Shown one piece after another: positions 51,382-60,601 of a DNA stretch of 64,000 bases (position 1 is its first letter; every line of letters begins with the position of its first letter). The position numbers and the translations under genes were made by a program. Under the pieces are notes generated by a model. It saw only the letters and a list, made by a program, of their open reading frames with translations. It made no database searches and was not told the DNA's origin. This DNA comes from an uncultured delta proteobacterium (GTDB taxonomy: Bacteria > Desulfobacterota > Desulfomonilia > UBA1062), in contig CAWCTR010000021.1 of the NCBI GenBank assembly GCA_963798485.1, positions 96,001 through 160,000 of the forward strand. Direction: 5' to 3'.

Positions 51382-51686
51382 CTCAGGGATATAGGAAAGA
51401 GCTTGTCCAGTTTCACTGCCTTGAAGATATTAAAGAGGTTTTCATGGATACCTTTAATCTCGAAACTTGCCTTAGAGCTATCAAGACTTTTAAAGAACAT
51501 GAGTATCTTGCCGATGCCTGAAGATCCCATGGTGGGAACCATCGATAGGTCCATAACTACCTTTTTCTGTCTCTGGCCTGTAATTTTATTTAGTTCTGTT
51601 CTGAGTATCTCGGCAGCGCTGGTATCTACGGCACCAGAAACCTTGACTATCAAAGTATCACCACTAACTTTTGTTGTCACATCCAT
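51378..51686 (-). CDS. Anti-sigma-factor antagonist (SpoIIAA/RsbV-like STAS)
   Basis: SGAVDTSAA, DLSMVPTMGSSGIG with the phosphorylatable Ser; SD AAGGAGG. Confidence 0.88.
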   Translation of the reverse strand: MDVTTKVSGDTLIVKVSGAVDTSAAEILRTELNKITGQRQKKVVMDLSMVPTMGSSGIGKILMFFKSLDSSKASFEIKGIHENLFNIFKAVKLDKLFPISLR

Positions 51687-51865
51687 GCGAAGCCTCCTTT
51701 ATTGCGATTATATTTACCACTAAAACAGATCTGCTTATCCTTTTTTAATACCATTCGGAAAGTCAGATCCTAATCTTTATGGTATTGCAACAATAGTAAG
51801 GCAGATCAATAAATTATCATGTTACAAGACCACAAACAGCAGGAATTTAAAGGGGAACAAGCACA

Positions 51866-51894
51866 TTGACAGACGCCTCAATGAGATATATCTA
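51866..51894 (+). promoter_or_regulatory. Sigma70-type promoter for the rapZ-PTS operon
   Basis: TTGACA-N17-TATCTA. Confidence 0.45.
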
Positions 51895-51919
51895 GATCCG
51901 ACGGGCAGGGGGTATTTAC

Positions 51920-52003
51920 GTGAAGAAGATCGGGCATTACCGGAAGGTTTGCTTAATATCCACTGATAGTGCGATTCTGGGTACAGGCTGGATGGTTTCA
52001 TGA
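51920..52003 (+). CDS. Candidate 27-aa upstream ORF coupled to rapZ
   Basis: SD AGGGGG-N7-GTG; its TGA overlaps the rapZ ATG as ATGA. Confidence 0.35.
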   Translation: MKKIGHYRKVCLISTDSAILGTGWMVS

Positions 52004-52869
52004 AACACGCCTTTATCCTCGTTATCACAGGTTTGTCAGGCTCAGGCAAGTCAACCGCACTCAAGGCCATTGAGGATGAGGGCTTTTTCTGTATGGACAA
52101 CATGCCCATCGACCTTATGGATAAATTCCTCGAGCTCTATGACTCGGCCTCATTTAATATCCATAAAGTATGCATCTGTATGGATGTGAGGGCCGGGGCG
52201 CCGTCATTTGCCGAGAAGGCGCCATGGATTATATCCAGACTGCGATCCTATGCCGATAATGTGAGGCTCATCTTCCTGGAATCAAGTAAGGAAAATCTTC
52301 TCAACCGTTATAAGGAAACAAGAAGGAGGCATCCTTTAAGTGATTCCTACCCGAACCTTCTGGATGCCATCGAGGCGGAGATAGACCTCATGGCGCCTCT
52401 GCGGGTGATGGCGGACCTTAGTGTGAATACCTCGCAAATGAATGTTCATGAGCTGGTAAGAAAGATCAAAGAGATCATTTCCACGGAAGACAGATCCCGG
52501 GATATGTATATTGAGGTGTGCTCCTTTGGTTTCAAGAAGGGTCTTCCCATGGATTCAGATATTGTCATGGATGTGAGGTTTTTGCCTAATCCATATTTTA
52601 TAGAAGATCTCAAGGAAAAAACCGGATCCGACAAAGAGGTTAAGGAGTATTTGAGCTCTTTTGAAAGCTACGCCCAATTCATGCATAAATTTAAGGAACT
52701 TATTATATTCATCCTCCCACTGTGCAAGAAAGAGGGCAGGGCATACCTGAATATTGCTATTGGCTGTACGGGTGGCAGACACAGATCCGTGGCGATTGCG
52801 GAAGAGATCAAGGAAGTGATAGAAAATGCCGGATATCCGAGCAGGCTGAAACATCGTGATATCTCCTGA
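52000..52869 (+). CDS. rapZ: RNase adapter / P-loop protein RapZ (YvcJ)
   Basis: ITGLSGSGKS, DNMP, ETRRRHPL, SFGFK, DVRFLPNPY, IGCTGGRHRSV. Confidence 0.96.
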   Translation: MKHAFILVITGLSGSGKSTALKAIEDEGFFCMDNMPIDLMDKFLELYDSASFNIHKVCICMDVRAGAPSFAEKAPWIISRLRSYADNVRLIFLESSKENLLNRYKETRRRHPLSDSYPNLLDAIEAEIDLMAPLRVMADLSVNTSQMNVHELVRKIKEIISTEDRSRDMYIEVCSFGFKKGLPMDSDIVMDVRFLPNPYFIEDLKEKTGSDKEVKEYLSSFESYAQFMHKFKELIIFILPLCKKEGRAYLNIAIGCTGGRHRSVAIAEEIKEVIENAGYPSRLKHRDIS

Positions 52870-52884
52870 GGAGGTCAAAGTTCT

Positions 52885-53298
52885 ATGGTCGGTATTATTA
52901 TTGTTGCGCATGGAGAACTTGCCCGTGCTTTTGAAGAAACAGCCCAGATGATTGTAGGGCCAGCAGAGGCATTCAAGGCATGCTCCTTTGTTCAGGGAAG
53001 CGATGTCGATAGCCTTAGGAAGATGCTCAAGTCGTCAATTAAGGAAGTGAACAGGGGTGATGGTGTCATCATACTCACGGATATGTTCGGAGGTACACCC
53101 TCCAATATAAGCCTATCATTCCTTGAAAAAGAAAAGATCGAAGTGATCACCGGTGTTAACCTCCCCATGGTAATCACCGCGCTCACAAAGCGGACAGGAA
53201 AAGAGATAGGAGAACTGGCAAGGCTGCTGAAGGAGGGAGGTGCAAAGAACATACATATAGCCTCTGAGATCCTCGCAACAAATGTGGCTGAAAAATGA
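52885..53298 (+). CDS. PTS mannose/fructose-family IIA
   Basis: IIIVAHG, LTDMFGGTPSN, TGVNLPM. Confidence 0.93.
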   Translation: MVGIIIVAHGELARAFEETAQMIVGPAEAFKACSFVQGSDVDSLRKMLKSSIKEVNRGDGVIILTDMFGGTPSNISLSFLEKEKIEVITGVNLPMVITALTKRTGKEIGELARLLKEGGAKNIHIASEILATNVAEK

Positions 53299-53783
53299 AT
53301 GTAGTACTTGTAAGGGTGGATGACAGGTTTATTCATGGACAGATTCTTGAGTCATGGATACCTCATTTGAAGGCCCAGGGTGTCATTGTAGCAAATGATG
53401 GTCTTGCCGGTGATCAGATTCAAAAGACCATCATGTCTATGGCCATACCCGATAGGATCAAACTCAAGATCGTGAGTCTGGAAGATGCAGAACGTCTCAT
53501 GGATGACTGCGATTTACAGGGGAAACGTTGCCTGGTGATCGTATCCAATATTAAGGATGCATGCCGTTTATTTTCCAATGGTTTTATATTCACCAAACTC
53601 AATATTGGGAACAACAAGGCTGCAGGACCATCAAAACAGCTCTCCTTTTCCGTATGGGTAGACCAGGAAGACCTTTGTCTCATTAAGTCGCTCATGGACA
53701 AAGGTGTCGAAGTTACCCTGCAATCCGTACCACGAGAGCGCCTTATTGACATGAAATCCATTATTGATATGGTAGATATATGA
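53295..53783 (+). CDS. PTS mannose/sorbose-family IIB
   Basis: RVDDRFIHGQ, VAND, LNIGN. Confidence 0.92.
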   Translation: MNVVLVRVDDRFIHGQILESWIPHLKAQGVIVANDGLAGDQIQKTIMSMAIPDRIKLKIVSLEDAERLMDDCDLQGKRCLVIVSNIKDACRLFSNGFIFTKLNIGNNKAAGPSKQLSFSVWVDQEDLCLIKSLMDKGVEVTLQSVPRERLIDMKSIIDMVDI

Positions 53784-54454
53784 TAACGGAAGGCTTCATG
53801 GGGGTGCTTGCAGGTTCGCTCCTTTGGCTGGATAGGGTATATATATTCCAACTCATGATAAGCCGTCCCATGATCATGGGGCCGATTATCGGATTTGTCA
53901 TGGGTGATGTGAAGATCGGGATACTTATTGGGGCATCGTTAGAGCTCCTCTGGCTCAATGCCCCGCCGGTCGGGAGCTATCTTCCCAACGATGAGAGTTT
54001 TTGTACTGCAGTTGCAGTACCTGTAGCCGTAATGGCAGGCTCATCCATGGACCATATGGCAGCATCGGGTTTATCCATTTTATTGAGTTTGCCGGCCGCC
54101 CTTGTGGGCAGATCTCTTGATATGCGCTTGCGAACGTTAAATGAAGGGCTCATCCCCGCAGGTTCACCGGTAATGGAAAATGATGTTTCAATAGCCATGA
54201 GAAAGTCTGTAGCAAGGGCTTTTTTGCTGGCGTTTATTATGGTTTCTGCTTGTGTCATTCTACTCGGTGCCATTACCTTTTTTATTAAGACCGTTATCCC
54301 TGATGGAATACTTGCCGCACTGAAGTTTATGCCCTTTGCATGTGTGATCATAGGTCTTGCAGCCCTTATGTCAAAGGGGTTGCCAAGTAAATCTCATGCA
54401 TGTGTCTTCTTCCTGGGCATGACCCTTGTACTCCTGCTCACATGGATCCTGTAA
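53780..54454 (+). CDS. PTS mannose-family IIC
   Basis: QLMISRPM, GASLELLW, PVGSYLP; several TMs. Confidence 0.85.
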   Translation: MITEGFMGVLAGSLLWLDRVYIFQLMISRPMIMGPIIGFVMGDVKIGILIGASLELLWLNAPPVGSYLPNDESFCTAVAVPVAVMAGSSMDHMAASGLSILLSLPAALVGRSLDMRLRTLNEGLIPAGSPVMENDVSIAMRKSVARAFLLAFIMVSACVILLGAITFFIKTVIPDGILAALKFMPFACVIIGLAALMSKGLPSKSHACVFFLGMTLVLLLTWIL

Positions 54455-55653
54455 TCATCCTTCTGGCAACCTCTGATCACGTCCGGGAAATAATGGTTAT
54501 AGAGCGCATATCTTTTCCATCCCCATGGGATGAGGAAACATTTTTTATTTCGCTGGAGGACGAAAGATGCAACTCGTTCGTAGCAATTGAAGATGGGATG
54601 GTCGTAGGTTACTGTCTCGCACTGAACCTTTCAAACATGGCCCACATTCTCAATCTGGCCGTACATCCGGATTATAGAAGGCATGGTATAGCCAGGCAGC
54701 TGGTAAAAGAGATCCTTATGGACGCAGCAATAAAAGACAAGGTATATGCCGTATTAGAGGTGAGAAGATCCAATGTGCCTGCACGGTCGCTCTATGCATC
54801 CATGGGGTTTTCTCACGTGAGTACATGGAGCAGATATTATACCGATACCAATGAGGATGCAGCAATCATGGTGAAGGACTTGCGATCAGGTATGGTTCAA
54901 GATGTGGAATGCACTGTTATCGGAAATGTCAAGGTTGCAGCCCAAACCTTTCATATTGTTCTTGAAGGCGAGCTGCCGCTTTCTGCGCCGGGCCAGTTTT
55001 CCATGGTACAGATAAGCAATGGTATGGAGCCGTTTCTCAGGAGGCCGTTGGCGATTCTCGGGCAGAAAAGCAAGCGTCAGGAAATGCTTTACCGCATCAG
55101 GGGTGAGGGCACAAAGATCCTTTCAGGGAAAGAGGAGGGAGAGACCGTCAAGGTGCTCGGCCCTCTGGGGAGAGGGTTCACGCGCCATGACGGAAAAAAG
55201 ATTGTCTATGTTGCCGGAGGAACCGGTTTGCCGCCGGTTCTCTCACTTGCAGAACGTATCAAATCAGGCCATTTTATCTTCGGTGCAAAGAACCGGTATG
55301 ACCTGCCATTGCTTGAGCGGATACAGGCCATCCCCAATACCGAGATCATCATAATGACCGAGGACGGATCTCTTGGCAATAAAGGCCTGGCAACGGATGT
55401 TATCGGTGATGTTATAAAAGATGGAGATGATGGTGAAGATACTATCATTTATGCCTGCGGGCCTGAAGGCATGTTGAAGGAGGTATCAATGCTGGCAGCC
55501 AAAACCGGCATCTTATGTGAGATATCGCTTGAAGAACACATGTCATGCGGGTTCGGCGCCTGCACAGGCTGCGTGGTTCGGACCATAAAGGGAAACAAGA
55601 GGGTCTGCAGAGAAGGGCCGGTGTTTAATGCCCTTGATATCATCTGGGGTTGA
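54442..55653 (+). CDS. RimI-like N-acetyltransferase fused in frame to the dihydroorotate dehydrogenase electron-transfer subunit PyrK
   Basis: RimI: IERISFPSPW, NLAVHPDYRRHG, LEVRRSN, YYTDTNEDAAIM; PyrK: PGQF, LRRP, GPLGRGF, AGGTG, ACGP, CGFGACTGC, VCREGPVF. Confidence 0.88.
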   Translation: MDPVIILLATSDHVREIMVIERISFPSPWDEETFFISLEDERCNSFVAIEDGMVVGYCLALNLSNMAHILNLAVHPDYRRHGIARQLVKEILMDAAIKDKVYAVLEVRRSNVPARSLYASMGFSHVSTWSRYYTDTNEDAAIMVKDLRSGMVQDVECTVIGNVKVAAQTFHIVLEGELPLSAPGQFSMVQISNGMEPFLRRPLAILGQKSKRQEMLYRIRGEGTKILSGKEEGETVKVLGPLGRGFTRHDGKKIVYVAGGTGLPPVLSLAERIKSGHFIFGAKNRYDLPLLERIQAIPNTEIIIMTEDGSLGNKGLATDVIGDVIKDGDDGEDTIIYACGPEGMLKEVSMLAAKTGILCEISLEEHMSCGFGACTGCVVRTIKGNKRVCREGPVFNALDIIWG

Positions 55654-56564
55654 ACATGGATACATCAGTCGAGATTACTTCCGGTCTTATCTTGAAAAAC
55701 CCTCTTATGAGCGCCTCAGGCACCTTTGCCTATGGGGAGGAGTTCTCTGAGTTTTTTAATCTTGCTCTTCTGGGCGGCATTGTAACCAAAGGGCTTTCCC
55801 TTGCCCCAAAGGACGGCAATCCGACACCTCGAATCGTAGAGACACACTGCGGCATGATCAATTCCATCGGACTTGAAAATATTGGTATCCCCTGCTTTAT
55901 TAAGGAAAAGCTCCCGTTTTTGATGGGGTATGATACACATACCATCGTGAACTTTTTCGGCACCACGGTGGATGAGTATGTGCGTGCCGCCCAAGCCCTT
56001 GACAAGGACGGCATATCGGCCCTGGAGATGAATGTTTCGTGCCCCAATGTGAAAAAGGGAGGCATCGAGTTTGGGAGAGACCCGGAAGGGCTCCATACCC
56101 TGGTAAAAAAGGTCCGTGATGTTTGCGGGAAACCCCTGATTGTCAAACTCTCCCCCATGGTCAGCGATATCTCAGGGATTGCACTGGCTGTCCAAGAGGC
56201 TCGTGCTGACGCCATAACCTGCATCAATACCCTGCCTGCCATGGCAATCGATGAGAAAACACGAAGGCCTGTGCTCGGCAATATAACTGGGGGGCTTTCA
56301 GGTCCCGCCATCAAGCCGGTTGCCTTGAAAATAGTCTGGGATGTTTCCCGAATTGTACATATACCCATTATAGCATCCGGCGGTATCACATCCGCCCGAG
56401 ATGTCATCCAGTTCATGCTGGCAGGCGCCACAGCGGTGCAGATCGGCAGTGCAGCCCTACGGGACCCGTTCTGCTATCATAAAATCATTGATGGAATCCG
56501 TGCCTATATGGAGGAATTCCATATTAAGGCTGTATCCGAACTCATTGGGGCCATTGAAATTTGA
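55650..56564 (+). CDS. pyrD: Dihydroorotate dehydrogenase class 1B, catalytic subunit
   Basis: ASGT, GNPTPR, NSIGLEN, NVSCPN, VKLSP, GGLSGPAIKP. Confidence 0.96.
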   Translation: MNMDTSVEITSGLILKNPLMSASGTFAYGEEFSEFFNLALLGGIVTKGLSLAPKDGNPTPRIVETHCGMINSIGLENIGIPCFIKEKLPFLMGYDTHTIVNFFGTTVDEYVRAAQALDKDGISALEMNVSCPNVKKGGIEFGRDPEGLHTLVKKVRDVCGKPLIVKLSPMVSDISGIALAVQEARADAITCINTLPAMAIDEKTRRPVLGNITGGLSGPAIKPVALKIVWDVSRIVHIPIIASGGITSARDVIQFMLAGATAVQIGSAALRDPFCYHKIIDGIRAYMEEFHIKAVSELIGAIEI

Positions 56565-56700
56565 TATAACCCCTTCTTTGCAACGGGCATAGGTTATCAT
56601 GAAGGATCTCCTTCTTACGGATATCCTTTTTGATGAGCTTTCTAATTCATGCCCTCTGACAGAAAATTTGTATGGATTGATTATGTAGAGAGGTCTTATT

Positions 56701-58986
56701 ATGCTCAGCGAAATCGGCAGATCCAACCCTCTTGTTATCGTATTCGTCTCGCTCTGCAGCGGAATTCTCCTTTGGCTGCATGATATCCCAGCGCTTTTTT
56801 TCTGCTTAATCATCCTATCCTGTCTCATCTCAAGGTCCAGGATCATACATGCCGTCATAGGGATCATATTAGGTATTGTGTCAATATGGCTTGCCCCTTC
56901 ATGGGTGGATCTTGAAGAAGGCTTGCATACCATTGACGGTGTTGTTGTCTCATCCGAGTATGGGGAAGGCACATACAGGATGATTCTGAAAAATGCAAAA
57001 ATGGATGGAAGGAAGGTGAGGGGGCATGCCCAGTTGAGCGTCTACCGGGATGTAGTCGATCTTGCACCTGGTTCAGTGGTAGGCGCTGTTGCAACGTTCA
57101 GGGCACAGATGGGATTTGGTAATATCGATGAGTTTGACTATAAGCTATTCCTCCTGTCCAAAGGCATTGTCATGAAGGGTGTCGTAAAAAGCCCTGATGA
57201 TTTTACCATTAAACGATATGTAAGACCATGCGGTCTAAAGTATGCAATAAACTCGTCATTGTCAGGGCTTACGAAACCTGAGGCCGAGGTATTGAAGGCA
57301 ATGCTCACCGGGGATACATCCGGCATAACCGATTCAATACAAGACAGGTTCAATTCTCTTGGCATCTCCCACCTTATCGCCATTTCCGGGCTCAATATGG
57401 CTATCATCATGATTATCGGCTACACGGTGATCTTCAGCCTCTTGAGGATCATTCCCCCTGTGGCGCTTCGGCTCGATGCCCCCTTTATAGCACAGGTCGG
57501 GGCCGTCACAGCCGTGGTTATCTATACCCTGTTCGTAGGACCCATTATCCCGACTTTGCGGGCCGCGATTATGGCCTGTTGTGTAATCATAAGTTTCTTC
57601 CTGCACCGGAAACCCCATGTTCTCGAAAGCCTTGCAATCTCCGGTATCATCATCCTTATTCTCTGGCCATATTCTCTTTACTCGGCCAGCTTTTTACTCA
57701 CATTTGCAGCTGTCCTGGGGATTATAGGAACAATCCAAAAGGGCGCCGCGTTGCCACAATGGGCTCATCTCATTACCATACCTGTCATTGTCGCCGCATT
57801 CACCATGCCCATCATCATCTACCTTTTTGGGTTCATCTCGTGGTCAGGTATCCTGGTAAACATCATCATAGTCCCCTTTTTCAGTATTGCAATCATGCCT
57901 GTCGGGATAGCAGGGCTCATCGTTTTCCCTTTTTCACACGCATTGGCTTCTTACTTATTTTCACTTTCCAACGATGCCATCGGTCTCCTGATGCTGATGA
58001 GCAAAATCTTCGGTACCCTGATCGCAGTTCCAAGACCTCCGATCTATTGGGTTTATTCCTGCTATGGCGGCCTTATCATTGCATTTTTCGCTGCAAGATC
58101 TCTCTCGCGAACCTTATCACTTGTTGTGTTTTGCCTTGCAATCGTGTCCATACCCATAATGCAAAATCGCATTGCCATGGGAAGACCCCTTTGTTTTGAT
58201 TTCATGAGCGTAGGCCAGGGTGACAGTATTCTCATAACCAAAGGGTCCCATGCAGTCCTGATAGATGCCGGTCCGGCACAGGCAGGGTTTGACATGGGAA
58301 GGCACGTTGTGGCGCCGCACCTGTTGGCAAGGGGTGTTGCCTCATTGGATTTGGTAATCGTCACCCATATGCACCCTGATCACGCAGGGGGGATCCCCTA
58401 TATGCTTGAGCGATTCCCCGTTACAGAGGTATGGACCAATGCGCCTCAGATTGACAATCCCAATTTCCAGGAGATAGCCCGCATTACGAAAGAAAAATCC
58501 ATTCCCATGAAAAGTGTCTGTCTTGGCGATAGTCTTTATTTGGGAAGTCTGGCCATTGATGTCCTGGGCCCTCTGGCACGGTTTGATGCCCAAAAGGGCA
58601 AGCTGGATATGAACATGCAATCTGTTGTGGTGCTTGCAGGTGATACCGGCATGAAGGGGCTCTTCATGGGTGATGCGGACATGTTCGGCGAGCTTATTAT
58701 CGCGCATCTGGAAAAGAACATCAATGCCGACGTGCTCAAGGTTTCCCACCATGGAGGGGAGAGGTCTTGCCTTGATCCGTTCCTTGATGAAGTAAGGCCC
58801 AAAATTGCTGTTATCTCGTGCGGCCTGAATAATGTATATGGCGATCCATCCCCTGAGCCCTTGATGCGACTTAACAAAAGAGGGATAAAGACATACCGGA
58901 CAGACCAGCATGGAGAGATAATGATTACATCTTTGTCACCGGTATTTGAGGTAAAGTCGGGCCATCCACCTGCCGATAATCATTAG
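56701..58986 (+). CDS. comEC: ComEC/Rec2 DNA-uptake channel with metallo-beta-lactamase domain
   Basis: HLIAISGLN, LRAAIM, SFLLTF, VGQGDS, THMHPDH, LKVSHHG, YRTDQHG. Confidence 0.93.
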   Translation: MLSEIGRSNPLVIVFVSLCSGILLWLHDIPALFFCLIILSCLISRSRIIHAVIGIILGIVSIWLAPSWVDLEEGLHTIDGVVVSSEYGEGTYRMILKNAKMDGRKVRGHAQLSVYRDVVDLAPGSVVGAVATFRAQMGFGNIDEFDYKLFLLSKGIVMKGVVKSPDDFTIKRYVRPCGLKYAINSSLSGLTKPEAEVLKAMLTGDTSGITDSIQDRFNSLGISHLIAISGLNMAIIMIIGYTVIFSLLRIIPPVALRLDAPFIAQVGAVTAVVIYTLFVGPIIPTLRAAIMACCVIISFFLHRKPHVLESLAISGIIILILWPYSLYSASFLLTFAAVLGIIGTIQKGAALPQWAHLITIPVIVAAFTMPIIIYLFGFISWSGILVNIIIVPFFSIAIMPVGIAGLIVFPFSHALASYLFSLSNDAIGLLMLMSKIFGTLIAVPRPPIYWVYSCYGGLIIAFFAARSLSRTLSLVVFCLAIVSIPIMQNRIAMGRPLCFDFMSVGQGDSILITKGSHAVLIDAGPAQAGFDMGRHVVAPHLLARGVASLDLVIVTHMHPDHAGGIPYMLERFPVTEVWTNAPQIDNPNFQEIARITKEKSIPMKSVCLGDSLYLGSLAIDVLGPLARFDAQKGKLDMNMQSVVVLAGDTGMKGLFMGDADMFGELIIAHLEKNINADVLKVSHHGGERSCLDPFLDEVRPKIAVISCGLNNVYGDPSPEPLMRLNKRGIKTYRTDQHGEIMITSLSPVFEVKSGHPPADNH

Positions 58987-59007
58987 GAAGGACTAGGAGG
59001 GCTTGGA

Positions 59008-59517
59008 TTGTATAAAGATTTTAGCAAAAACAACTTGCGAGACAACAAACACGGTTTCTCGCTCCTTGAGCTGATGGTTGTTATCATAATCATCGCTATC
59101 GGCGCAGCAATAGCCATACCCAATATGTCCGGCTGGTTCGGCAAGAAAAATCTCGATTCCATTTCACTGCAAATGTTCTCCGATTTCCATCGGGCAAGGA
59201 GCGAAGCTATTAGCAGGGGTACGACTGTTCTTGTCCAGATTAAAACAGGAACGAACAGCTGGTATAGTGTGCAGGATCAACAAGGAAATGTGATTATTCC
59301 CCAAACTAGCATGCCCCAGGGTACAATAATTTCAGGTACAACATTTCCCCTCAGTGGTACAATCAATATTGCAAGCCTGAATTCTCAGGGATTTGAAATT
59401 CTGCCAGGCACAGGCAATCCAGACTCAGTTACCATTCAGGACATTAACGCCCCTTCTGCCAACAGAAACAAAACAATTACCCTTTCCCTTGGCGGGGCTA
59501 TGAGTATAGCGCCATGA
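59008..59517 (+). CDS. FimT/GspH-like minor pilin
   Basis: Prepilin site G|FSLLELM, ARSEAI; TTG start after AGGAGG. Confidence 0.88.
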   Translation: MYKDFSKNNLRDNKHGFSLLELMVVIIIIAIGAAIAIPNMSGWFGKKNLDSISLQMFSDFHRARSEAISRGTTVLVQIKTGTNSWYSVQDQQGNVIIPQTSMPQGTIISGTTFPLSGTINIASLNSQGFEILPGTGNPDSVTIQDINAPSANRNKTITLSLGGAMSIAP

Positions 59518-60179
59518 ACAAGTGTAGACCTATTCTTAACAACAAAGGCCTCACGCTCATAGAGCTCATGATCGTTCTGGTCCTTTCGCTTCTGCTCATG
59601 GCGGCCGTATACCTGACTTACCAGCTCCAGCATGCCTCCGGTCAGTCACAGGCCCAGGTGGTAGCCACCCAGCAGGATTTGAGGGCAGCAATGGACATCA
59701 TATCCGTTGACATCATGAATTCCGGCTATAACCCAATCTATCCTACATCACAGCAGCAGATCCAGGGAATAGCCAACACCAGCGGGGCATCCTCTCTGGA
59801 GCTCGTGATGGATCTTAATGGTAACGGTGCCACGAACGGCGTAAGTGATGTAGGTGAGGATGTCATCTATAATCTGCCAGGGAATCTGCAAAGGAGAAGT
59901 CTTACCCGGACATGCTCCAACCCTGGTGGAAATATAATCCAGGTCATTGCAAACAATGTTACTCAATTGTCTTTCACCTACTTGGACCAATATTACAACA
60001 TTATCACGCCTTCGGGCCCTGGAAATACCCTTACTAACACTCAGGTTCAGCAGTTGGTTAAATTTATTCGGGTGACCATCATAAAACAAAGTGATCAGAA
60101 AGATCCCCAAACACATAATTATCTCACCAGAGAACTTGAGCGTACTGTTTGTATACGTAATGGATGGATAAATGGATAA
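59514..60179 (+). CDS. PilW-like minor pilin
   Basis: G|LTLIELM, QQDLRAAMD..DIMNSGY, terminal V.IRN. Confidence 0.88.
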   Translation: MNKCRPILNNKGLTLIELMIVLVLSLLLMAAVYLTYQLQHASGQSQAQVVATQQDLRAAMDIISVDIMNSGYNPIYPTSQQQIQGIANTSGASSLELVMDLNGNGATNGVSDVGEDVIYNLPGNLQRRSLTRTCSNPGGNIIQVIANNVTQLSFTYLDQYYNIITPSGPGNTLTNTQVQQLVKFIRVTIIKQSDQKDPQTHNYLTRELERTVCIRNGWING

Positions 60180-60579
60180 GGTGATCATTAATTACCATCA
60201 TAAGAAGCCGGGCGGATTCACCCTCATTGAGCTCGTTGTTGCCATCCTCGTCTTTGCCATAGGCATCGTGGGGATCTTGAAGATGTACCAGGCCTCCATA
60301 CAAAGTAATAATTTCAGCATGCAGCTCACAGAGGCCATGAACATTTCACAGGACAAATTCGATTTCCTTAGAGGACTTGGAATGACTAGCACCTCCATGT
60401 CCATAGGTTATCATAATAACGTGAATCCGGAGATTGTTACATCCATGGGCGTGCCGTATAAGGTCTCATGGAAAGTGGATCAGATAGCCAGTTCCCTGGA
60501 TAAGGTGACGCTCACAATTGCATGGAATGAAAAGGCTATTCCGCACACAATCAGCATATACGAGCTATTTGCGCCATGA
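60172..60579 (+). CDS. PilV-like minor pilin
   Basis: G|FTLIELVVAILVFAIG. Confidence 0.88.
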   Translation: MDKVIINYHHKKPGGFTLIELVVAILVFAIGIVGILKMYQASIQSNNFSMQLTEAMNISQDKFDFLRGLGMTSTSMSIGYHNNVNPEIVTSMGVPYKVSWKVDQIASSLDKVTLTIAWNEKAIPHTISIYELFAP

Positions 60580-60601
60580 ACAGAGACGGGGAGCCTTTGA
60601 T

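Noticed and set aside
56599-56688. 29-aa ORF (MKDLLLTDILFDEL...) upstream of comEC
   Set aside because: Weak SD, no coupling to comEC and no recognisable motif
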